Assembly: GCA_050230475.1 (NCBI GenBank)
Contig: JBFLGF010000158.1
Coordinates: 62,001-87,726, forward strand
Length of the DNA stretch: 25,726 nt
Direction of reading: 5' to 3'
From: Ancylonema sp.
Taxonomy: Eukaryota
Notes under the pieces: model-generated
What the model was told of the DNA's origin: nothing
The model's database searches: none
What the model saw: the letters and a program-made list of their open reading frames with translations, nothing else
In this document: positions 11,842 through 21,983 of the stretch, in pieces
How the letters are laid out: each line of letters begins with the position of its first letter
How positions within the stretch are numbered: the first letter of the stretch is position 1
Translations under genes and position numbers: made by a program

Positions 11842-11963
11842 TTCCTGCCCACATATAGGCAGAAGCATTTCCTGCCACCAGAGACGCAGGGGTCGGCTTT
11901 GTCTTGCCACTAGAGACGCAGAGGTCAGCTTTAACCTGTCGCCGGAGAGGCAGAGGTCAGCAT
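11842..11963 (+). repeat. Degenerate ~31-bp minisatellite (3-4 units)
   Basis: CCTGCCACCAGAGACGCAGGGGTCGGCTTT / CTTGCCACTAGAGACGCAGAGGTCAGCTTT / CCTGTCGCCGGAGAGGCAGAGGTCAGCATT, plus a more diverged upstream unit. Confidence 0.75.
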
Positions 11964-12682
11964 TGAGAAGCGCCGACGTATAGGCTGCAAATCAGAGATA
12001 GACAAGTCACAGTAATTTGCAAGCATCGACAAGAAAGAATCTAGTAATTATGATTGAAGTCGAACAACAATTGACGACCTTACATATGGTCGACTAAAAC
12101 AACTTTGCGCTAAACATCACAAACCGACTCGTCGTTAAGTCGTATAGTTGGAAATGAAACGGACGTGACCCTGAGAATGTTCATTATATAAACAAAAAAC
12201 ATGATAGGAAGTTCATGATTTGGGTTCCTTGTTTGTTTTTACCTACGTGCCGAAGCATGCATTTGCACGTGTCATTCAACAACATGTACTTAGCGACGTG
12301 CGTCTCACACTTATCAAAGGGCAAGCCACATCTATCGCTATATCACAACATTGATTCAAACCCTTCACGAGAAGGTAATTGACAGGCTGGATAAACTTCG
12401 CGCTAAAAATCACAAAAGGACAAACCTCTTTGACATGTGCTATGGCTTACAGATATACTTGTCCGTCTAGTGAGAACTTGATACAGGCATTGAACATGTT
12501 GAATCGACACACTTGTCCGTGAGCTAGGCTCCTTTGGACTCATTTAATACAACTCGCTAGTTCGATGTACCAATATTGCATTGTTAAAAGCAAAACTCGG
12601 CTTCAAAAACGTAAAAAAAGTTGTATCGTAAAAAAAAGACCTTCGATAGGCTTTTTGCCTCAACTCAACGTCGTGTATCGAT

Positions 12683-13250
12683 TAGAGTGGGGGTAACCCT
12701 GAAATTATTTTCAGGGTTAAGTCGTAACCCTGAAATAACCCTGATTAACCCTTTTAACCCCGAAAAACCCTGATTAACCTTGATTAACCCTAATTGACCC
12801 TAATTGACCCTAGATATCCTGAATAATCCCGATAACCCTGCTTAACCCTGATTAACCCTAGGGTTATTAACCCTGAAATACCTGTCAAAATTAATATGAC
12901 GGAACCGAAACCAAAAAAAAAACGGACAGGTTACTAATTAAAACAGGTTATTAATTTGGACAGGTTATTAATTCACCCGAAATCGAGCGCAAGATCGGAT
13001 GGAATATTTTTTATAAATTTAGACAGGTATTAATTGGCGCAATATAATTATATTGCGTACCCGGAAGTACCCGTCCCGCCGGCAGCGGCGGCGGCGGCGG
13101 CAAAATTAGCCCTTCAATAACCCTGATTAACCCTGATTAACCCTGAATAACCCCGATTAACCACGATTAACCCTAATTAACCCTGATTAACCTTGATAAC
13201 CCCAGGGTTATCGGGTTAAACCTCAGGGTTAAGGGTTAACCCCCACTCTA
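12683..13250. mobile_element. Non-autonomous hAT-type DNA transposon (MITE), 568 bp
   Basis: TIR TAGAGTGGGGGT(T)AACCCT at both ends. Perfect 8-bp TSD GTATCGAT at 12675-12682 and 13251-13258. Subterminal ~10-mer TTAACCCTGA arrays. No transposase ORF. Confidence 0.92.
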
Positions 13251-13403
13251 GTATCGATACATTTTACGTGTGACTATTTGTACCTGCGCGACTGACGCCA
13301 CATATTGATATTCTCTTTCAAGCATAATCTATATTCAAATCATGTATACGCTTCATGACTATTCATAAATATAATTGATGATTGCCTATTTTGATTGCTT
13401 ATA

Positions 13404-13986
13404 CAGTATAACGTGTCTAAAGGAATACTCTCTTAAGGAATAACCTTTTTGAAAGAACAGAAAATGCCCCTCCCGATGCTGGGGGAGTGTAATCATTCCA
13501 AAACCTGCATAACTGTCTAAAAGAATACTTTTATAGCCCCCCGTGATACGTGTAAATGAACAAAATACAGAATTCGTACATTTTTTGACATTTTTTTTTC
13601 CATCCGTACCGGATAAGTATCTCCCAGGTTGTGGGACGTTACGATGAAACACGCTAAACGACAATATATGGCCGGGGCAATATTTTGCTGATGGTATTAG
13701 TGCCTTCCACGTGTACATACATCGTTGGAAATGATAGATTTGCCCCCCAGTATCATCGTGATTGTGGGAAGTTGCTCTAGAAGAGGCTAAACGACAAAAT
13801 ATTGGCCGTGTGAACCATGAAAACACGTTTGAACGGATTATGAGGTAGATATTGGCTTCTTTTCCGTCGGAGGCACATGCGAACGGGTTTCACTACATTT
13901 ATAACCAAAACTGTTCAAGTGCATAAACTGTCTAAATGAATACCTTTTCTCCTCCCCGAGAGTATTCCTTTAGGCAGGATATACTG
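13404..13986. mobile_element. Non-autonomous Tc1/mariner-pogo-type MITE, 583 bp
   Basis: 29-bp TIR CAGTATAACGTGTCTAAAGGAATACTCTC matches the reverse complement of 13958-13986 with 3 mismatches. Flanked by TA at both ends (13402-13403, 13987-13988). Internal TIR-derived repeats TGTCTAAA-GAATAC lie near 13515 and 13930. Confidence 0.85.
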
Positions 13987-15692
13987 TAATTCAACAGGTA
14001 CTAAAATTTAACAAAACAAATCAAATTGTCGAGACACGTTCGCTTTTAACATCAATATCTCAATATTTTGTAGGAAAGTCAAAGAAAACACAGATAAGTT
14101 ATTTTGAAGACACTAATCTTTTGTTTATTTTTTTTGATATTAACGTAAGTGTCGATGACAAAGGTTTGAGAGAGAAGAAGCGGAAGATGTCGACATTTCA
14201 GACATTGGGTTATTTGATGAAAATTTCAAAATACTTTACCTCAAAAGGTCAGCCATTAGTCATGATTGCTGCATGTTATTTTAATGATAAAAATGTTTTT
14301 TGTATTCGAAATTATAGCAATTTCGGGTTATTGTCTCTCGTATATTGGTTTTGGGACTCGTAATTTGTGTCACTAAGCTCCTCCATTTTATGACAAGTAT
14401 GCACCATCATCGGGTTATTGTCGTGTGTTAGCACCTCGTTAATGAAAATGATAGGAATATTGAAGTTTTTTTTACATTTTCGATGTAATAGTCTAGAAAA
14501 GTGAGATAAAATGGAAAACACCACTGCCAACGCTCCCACACTTACAGATCGGTGTTTTTCAAACGATGAAGCCAATTCGACGCACTCACGCTTCATGAAA
14601 TCGTTCAACTATCATTTTTTTGAAGCAAATAGTCATGCCAAGCAAACGTTCTCGAGTCGGTGTTTTGGAAATACCAATTCGAAGCATTATTTTTTTTTAA
14701 GAAAAATACAAAAAGAAAAATCTTCAAGTTCAACATATTATCGAACTTGACAATAAAGTGTAGCACGAGTGTCACGCGTCGACGGGTTCGTACCTAACAA
14801 ATATTCGGAAGTTGTGGGAACCGAAACGATCGTTGATACGAAGTCATGTGGCACGTCACTTTTAAATATGATTCGGAGGCGACGTCGAGTTTCCGACCAC
14901 GTCATCGTCATCATCAGTCACCATCCAACTAATGACGGTTGACTGCGTTTCCAATTGTGACGGTTTTCACCACATAAACATCGACTGGCCAGTATTAATT
15001 TCCACAAATGTCTTCAAAATAAATAAAATAACGGCCACCATCTTAACCCATAAAATTCACGCCGCGTGGCACTTTCAACAGTTTCGATGGGCAAGCTGTG
15101 CTGCTGGCAATGCCAGAGTTTTCCCACGCGAAACTCTTTCGTCGTCAGAAATAGACCTGTCACAATCGAATGAGTTCTGTTATTTTTTATAACGTTAGAT
15201 ATGGAAAGTTAAGACAACGACAGGTAACCCTTCGTCGATGTAAAGAAGGAAATCGTATTGACATTCTGATTCTCATTGGCATCAGATTCCACCTTCAGGC
15301 TGCAGATTTGGAAGACCATGCGAGCCGTCAGCTGGTAAATAATTTTGATGTTTACTCGGTTTCATGTGTTTTTTTGTATCGGTCTTGCTCTGCTATTTTC
15401 TATTTGATATTTATTAGTTCCTCCTCTGTCACGCTCAACTGACTTTAAATCTGAATCTGTTTGCAAACAAACGTGGACACACGTTCGATTCACGAGGTGA
15501 ATCCTTTCTGTATTTAAGACAGGGGTCGATTTGGTTCGCCTGGGATCGCCTTGTGTGACAGCTGTGGGTTCTGACTGACTGGTTATATTTCCTTCGTATG
15601 CGAATGATTAGTGCAGACACGGTTTGCCCTATTTTCATGGTGTCTTTGTATCGTCGTTGTATGTGTATGATATAGGGTGTTGTGAGATGCAG

Positions 15693-17568
15693 GAAGCGAA
15701 CGTGAAGACGTCGAAAAATAGAGAAGGCATGGCATAAATTCAGATACAAGAAAATGAGTATGAGCATCTTCTTCAAAAGTACGTAGACGCTCGGAATACT
15801 GACACGGATGATCTGAAGAAAGAAATCGAGGTTAAGGATGCCTCTATCAGCCTCCATGTGAGCCGAAATTGGGATATGTTCCTGAAGCTCGACGACGCAC
15901 AGAAGGAGGTGCTCAAGGTGATCACCTTAGGGAAGCCGAATTGGCTGGCAAGAATTCTGAAAGAATGGGTCAGGTGATGTATGGATGATGTGCATGCTCT
16001 TGATGAAGCTCTTACTCTCATGTATCTCTCTGTTGATGTTGTCGCAAGAGAGGCGAAGTAAAGTGAGCAATCAATTATCAATTATCAATTATTAATTATA
16101 AATTATAAATTATCAATTATAAATTATCAATCATCAATCATCAATTATCAATTATCAATTATCAATTATCAATTATCAATTATCAATTTTCAATTATCAA
16201 TTATCGATTTTCAATTTTCAATTTTCAATTTTCAATTTTCAATTATCTGGTATAGTACAGGCCAGATGTTGGCCTAAAGATAATCCAGTCCCGGTTATCA
16301 TTCCATTTTTATTGCAAAAGCGCCTTCTCCATTTATGGTGGATTTATGGTGGAACAATGGCATGGGCATCTAGTGAGGGTTAATCATGACTGACTTCCAG
16401 CCTTCTCTCGAACTAAAACCTATATGCGATCAGGTTTTCTTTCACTTGTGGCTGAAATGGTGTGGTGTGGTGAATAGATGCGAGAAAAGCTTCAAGAAAA
16501 CGAGCGCCAAAATGAGCGCCAACTGCTGAGGTTTTTGGAACAAGTGGAGAAGGCGGAGGGCCGACTGGAGGAGGCAAAAAAAGAGACGGAGCAAGTGGGG
16601 GAGGAGATCGAGATGAAACATGAAATTATCAATCTCTACGTCACCCGAGATCGAGAAATGAATGATGGATCGATGAAATGAAATGAATGATGTCAAGGAT
16701 TGATATTGTGGTTTATCTTTTTGTGGTAAAGCTTTTCGGAGACGCGAGCATTCAAGAGGGGGTGAATTTCTTCCCTGAAGACACCTCCCGTCTGGCCAAT
16801 CATCATAGTGGGTCCCTGAACCCAAGCAAATGGGAACGAGCGTTTCAAGAGAAATTCGGGGAGGATTGGGAGATCAAGGGAGCAATGGCATTAAGTAAGT
16901 ATGGAGATATGGTGTACGACGTCCAAGCGGAGTATTTCAAAGTTGGTGTGGATGCGAATGGGATGGCCAAGGTGAGCCTAGCAGACAACATGAATGACAT
17001 GAGAGAGAGGGACTCGATTCTTTACGTATTCCAAAGTCAACGTATTACAAAATTGGTGTATCGAATTTGTGGTGTGCGAACCTTTCATATAACAAAGAGA
17101 GGTGTGAAATTTATCGTTATTTGGAGAAAATATATGAAGTCAAATCAATGCACAAGGCGGTTCATAGAGGCGTGTGAAGTATTTTATCATTTATTCCTCT
17201 CATCGTAATGCTTACATGTGTGGTTGTGTGTGTGGTGTGTCGTTGAAAACCCTAAAGTGCTGACGTGTTTGCAGCGAGTGCCTTCTCTTGAGCAAAAAAT
17301 AGTCAAGGAGATAAGAGAGAAATTCGGGATGGAGGCGATGGATGATTTCCTGCGGGCTATTACGGAACAGTTGGACTTCGCGGCTTCAGAGAGCTATCCT
17401 GTTGGCATGGCGTGGAACTTGAATCAAAACCGAAGGGCCACCATCGCCGAGGTGGTCCAGTTTGCGAAAAAATGTTGTGATGTGCTAGACGAGAAAAAGA
17501 AAGGACTCGAGCATTTTCTTACACCAGAGCCAAAATGCAAGAGGACAAGGAATATTTCGAGATACTGA
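15693..17568 (+). pseudogene. IDN2/FDM-like copy C, 3' part; coiled-coil exons 15693-15917 and 16478-~16667, XH exons 16732-16971 and 17275-17568
   Basis: Phase-0 splice sites match copy A (ATGCAG|15693, AAG|GTGATC 15918, TAG|16478, AAG|GTGAGC 16972, TTGCAG|17275). XH is very similar to copy A (WEIKGAMALSKYGD.VYDVQA.YFKV; MAWNLNQNRRATIAEVVQF). Lesions are TAA 15735 and loss of the end and donor of the second coiled-coil exon (TGA at 16679). Confidence 0.75.
16068..16247. repeat. Intronic 7-mer microsatellite (TCAATTA)n with TAAATTA and TCAATTT variants
   Basis: About 25 consecutive units are directly visible. Confidence 0.95.
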
Positions 17569-18932
17569 TGTGGCACCTGGTTTTGTAGGTTTTGTTTCTA
17601 CCTCACAATATGACCTCCACCATGCAAGTATAACTTTGGTGGTTGCGTGTAGTGCAATGGTTTTTTGTGTAAGGGGTGGGACCCTCATATTTGTTGGGAC
17701 CAATATACATGAGTGATAGAAAACATGACAACTACATTGCCAATCATGTGTGCGTTTATACTTTCGTGATATATATATTGTTAGGAAAGACAACCACTGC
17801 GTAAGTAGGGGAACAAGTCTTTCCGAATCCGTGAGAATATGTGCATGGGATACAGAATATACAAAGCCCTTGTTGGACGCTATGTTGAGATTATTGATTG
17901 GCATGAAAATTGATTTAGAAATGCCCATTAGTAAGGACTCCTAAAACTCAATAAAGCCAGTGTGGCTATAGGTTATGGAAATTCAAGAGATCCGCTTCAT
18001 TGTATTTGTGTGTGCATGCAAACATGTGCCGTGACATCCCAGAAAAAAATACATAGGTGTTGTGGCGGGGCAAGGAGCTAATTCAAAAAATGGCCTTTGG
18101 GGCCTAAAGTACCGGTAATTTCGGGAAATATTTCGGCCTCATTATCTAAAATTGTTTTTTCCCGCCTAGGACTTTATCCGTTGAGCCTTAATCGCTCTAC
18201 GAGGTGCTGCGTCCCGGATACGGAGGCTCCCTCAAAGCCGGGATCCCAAGATATTTCGGGGAGTCCAACTTGGAAGGGCTCAAATTACAGGCTACCAGCA
18301 GATATTGAGTTAGTGAGTATCTTACAATACTTGTTGAGACACTTAAATGTACAATATTTGGTCGGCTAAAGTGACTATGCGCTGAAATTGACAATTCGAC
18401 AAAGCTCGTCGACATGTCTTATAACTTGAAATTCAACTTCTACGAACTTGTCAAAAATTGAGATTTGGCATTGAGAATCTTCAATGTGAAAAATTGTCGA
18501 TGATTGGGATCGTTTGGAAAATATCGATGTAATTCACCGTTATTGTATTTTGAGGGGTAAAAATCGACATCAAAAATAAAAATAAAAAAACACACAATAA
18601 AACGAAAAGACCGTCATTAAGGTAGTAACCTCGAATTAAAATTGGATATTCATTTAATACGGATGTAGATACTTGGAGGGGCACTGGGAGGAATGATATA
18701 ATAAGGTTACGGGCGCTAGAAGCCGTAAATAGTGTAAAAACAATCCTCACCATGGGAAGCCTCAACGTTAAGTGTGCCATCCGATGTGAAAAAAATAGGG
18801 ATCTAAGCTATGGAGAAATCTTGGTTGTAACCAAGTGGTAATGAGCCCAATTTTCGGAACATAAATAACATTGCATTTGGCTTTTTACTCATAAACCAAT
18901 ATATCCGCTGGTGTGTGTACGATGAGTTTCAG

Positions 18933-19211
18933 CGAGCGCCCCGTTATGAACAAACAACAATCAAGGAGATAAAGTCCAAATTTGGAGTGGAGGCGATGAA
19001 AGATTTTCTCCGCGAAAATTTGGAACAACTGGAAGTAGCGCCTTCCGCTAGCTACTTGGTCCCTATGCCTTGGAACTTGGAGTGGAAGTGGAAGGCCACC
19101 ATTGCCGAGGTCATTCGGTTTGCGAACGCATGTTGTCATGTGTTGACCCACCAGCGTGACGAGGATGCACGTAATCGCAAGCAAGCGCGCAAAATTTTAG
19201 GAGACATTTAG
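18933..19211 (+). CDS. Orphan XH terminal exon (copy D)
   Basis: TTTCAG|CGA acceptor in phase 0. RAPRYEQTTIKEIKSKFGVEAMKDFLRENLEQLEVAPSASYLVPMPWNLEWKWKATIAEVIRF is homologous to the last exons of A-C. Open to TAG at 19209-19211. No upstream XH exon was found in 17569-18932. Confidence 0.65.
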   Translation, partial: RAPRYEQTTIKEIKSKFGVEAMKDFLRENLEQLEVAPSASYLVPMPWNLEWKWKATIAEVIRFANACCHVLTHQRDEDARNRKQARKILGDI

Positions 19212-21847
19212 CGCGTGAGCCTTGGTTGGGTTGGAGGTTGGGGTTCCCGTTCAAAAAAGTTTGCAACGTTGTCACTACTAACGATTTCAATTGTGCGTCA
19301 TGGAGGCTAGGAGCATTTGTTTTTCATGTCATCGGATATCGGCAAGTAAAGGCCGTAGAGTCGTTTATGATGGTATGCCTTTAAATTGTTTTCCACTTTA
19401 GAATGGTGTGTATTTTCTTTTTTTTCGAGATAGAGTATGCAGAGGCATATCTTGTAAACATAATGATGTTCTTAGACTAATACAGTGGTGTAAGGATTCC
19501 GAAATCGATCCTTAGTGGTAGCCGTGCATGTCTTCGCACTTTTATAAATGTGAATGCTCGACAACTCCGATATCTGCACTTTGAGCTTTCGCGACTGATT
19601 GACATTGGTCCTTTATAGAACACACTTGTATTCAGGCATGGTGATGCATTATCAAAGAAATCAGAGCATGCATAAAATTTCGATACACTAATACTCAAAG
19701 ATGTGATAGTGTTTGCAAAAGGGTTGTATCACGACATAGAAGAGACGCACAAGTGTACTACAACGGTGCTCTTAATATCCACAAGTCTCACTATTACACA
19801 CATGTCGATATAACTGGATGAACTATTGACCGTATCCTTGGTACATTAGGCTCTCAAAAGACTATCCACCATATCGTGCGTGTTACCAAAAATCAAAGTC
19901 TAGTCGCCGACTTGGTAGTACCCTAACAACTCCCAAATGTATGCGAGTACTTTGGGGATGTGACTGTTAGTGTACGCATGTTTGATATTTCGGCACACAA
20001 TAGGCACGCTTGTGTAGACACTTTGATACCCAAAAAAACGACAAAATGAATCTCGAATTTATGTCCAAAGTATGCATTTTAGGACGGTTGCAATACAAAT
20101 TTTCAATTTTCTGGTAGGAGAAAATATTCATGCAGATGTACGTGTAGGCCGTACAATGCACTCCCTTGCAAAGAAGATATGAGAACACGGAGTCATGACG
20201 GCTCCAACACTGGTCCTATGTATGACTCACACCAATCCGCATCAAGGTGTAGCATATACAATTTATTGCTAATGTGTGGAAGTGGAAAGTTGTACTCGGA
20301 TCTCCAACTGCATAAATTACATGCATTCAATGACATGTTATATGAGATGTGGTATTTTACAAGCGTGCTACACAACTGCTAGTTTCAAATGCCCTTTGAC
20401 CAAGAGGGTCACTAAAGTAGAAGACGTAGGGGCTAGAGGTGTTTAAAAAAAACTTCGGAGGACGGACTATAGAAAGAGTCATAACGCTTTGATGTCTTCG
20501 TAATTTCAAGCCAGTGCTGCACTTCAACGTTTGTTAGCATTTGCTATACCAAACGCGATATTTGCGAATATTTACAAAGATAACTCACGAAACTTGTACA
20601 TGCACAAGAGTGCCTCATACAACATTCAAACTTGACTGCCCAATTCCAGTATGTGAAGACGGAGTCGATGTAGACTCAAGCAAAAACTGACTACGTGCTA
20701 AGCCTCTCTCCATCATGCTTTCCAGCTTCGAAATCTGTGAAGACAGAGCGTGCGAGGACGTGCGCGCTTCTGCCACCAGGCGGTCCGCACTACCTAGCGC
20801 TGCACAAAGCTGTCAACGAAAGAAGAAGGAATGGCGCGTCGTTTAGTAATCACTTGCCAGGCCGCAAATGGCGATTATATCGGGATACAGGACCAGCTAC
20901 TAGAATGAAAAGAACATGTGAGCCAGGTACTGAACAGCCGGTTCCTAATCATCACGAAAAAGGATGCCAATGAACCAGAACAAAACTCGGATTCAGATTA
21001 CAATGGAGTATTGAACATGATTGAGATACTACCAAATCAAACTTCAATACGTTTGTTTGACACGCGATCCAAAAAATGCAGAATGAAATTCAACACTGCC
21101 GAATAACTTTTTACTCTCTCTTTGAAAGATTGTGGCTACCTGCCAGGGTCTGTACACTAGCTACCAAGAGGTCTTTGCAGCTACTGTATGTTTATTTAGT
21201 CTAGATACGTTTTGATCCACGTTATAACCCTTGCTCAACTGTTGATATAACTGAAGGGGGGAAACAAAAGATAAAGACCAGCAGACAAATCAAAGCCCAG
21301 TTGTTGCTTACGAGCTTTAGGGAGACACTGATCCCTATCCCACCATTGACTTAATGCAATCTCAGACTAGGAACAGGAACATGCTACCGACCCCTAATGC
21401 ACAGAAAGAAAGACATCTGGCTCAAGTTGGTGCCGAATCAGTTGGCCAAGGCCCACCCAAAAGCGATGTGAGGTTTGGAGAAGGAAAATGTGTTGGAAAG
21501 AGGCAGCTACTTCGTCCAGTTCAAGAAATTGTTGCGAAGTTTTAAGAACCAAGTTATATGGTCAACCTCTTTTGTGCAGCTCGTCCAGGCATGGCCTTTA
21601 TGCGTTAAGGCGACGTTGAGTTGATTAAAGCTTTTCTGGAGACAAGAAATCACCCGAGTAGATTGCCAGCATCAGCCAGGATTCGTAGGGGGCTTCAATA
21701 CAAGTGTACAAGCGGACATGAAAAAAGGTTCAACGTAAGAAAGCAGGTGCTGGAATCGGAGAAAAACATAAATAATAAGAAAAGATTCCGTCCACTCCGC
21801 GGGATCTCAGGGTATCTATAATCGTCACAGAGGGGGCGACAAAATAT

Positions 21848-21983
21848 TGCTCGGAGTGCGCTCACGTCAAAGAGGCCGTGCAAGCTGGTGGAAGACTCCA
21901 AAGCTGCTGAATCTGTGCCGATTGGTTTATCTGCACGAGGGTACGACAAAAAGCTTGTTTCTACCACGTGCCACAATACTCAT
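21848..21983 (+). pseudogene. Possible degenerate ZZ-type zinc finger
   Basis: CSEC-x15-C*IC-ADWFI-C, then after a frameshift YDKKLVSTTCHNTH. The spacing resembles ZZ (CxxC...CxxCxDxxLCxxC...H...H), but a TGA and a frameshift must be bridged. Confidence 0.3.

Noticed and set aside
11842..11963. CRISPR-like array
   Set aside because: Units are adjacent with no unique spacers, the context is eukaryotic, and no cas genes are present.
12694..13240. True telomere or chromosome-fusion scar
   Set aside because: Units are ~10-mers rather than pure 6/7-mers, and they are bounded by TIRs and a perfect 8-bp TSD, so they belong to a transposon.
15199..15334. Additional exon of copy C (TTAG|ATATGG...CTG|GTAAAT)
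   Set aside because: Its 136-nt length breaks phase 0, the phase-0 frame has stops, and no paralogous exon is visible to confirm it.
18041..18900. Possible inserted element between copy C's 3' flank and copy D
   Set aside because: Homology to copy A's flank ends here, but no convincing TIR, TSD or coding motif could be identified.
20930..20970. FLIITKKD as a GTPase G4 motif
   Set aside because: No P-loop or DxxG motif was found in a compatible frame.
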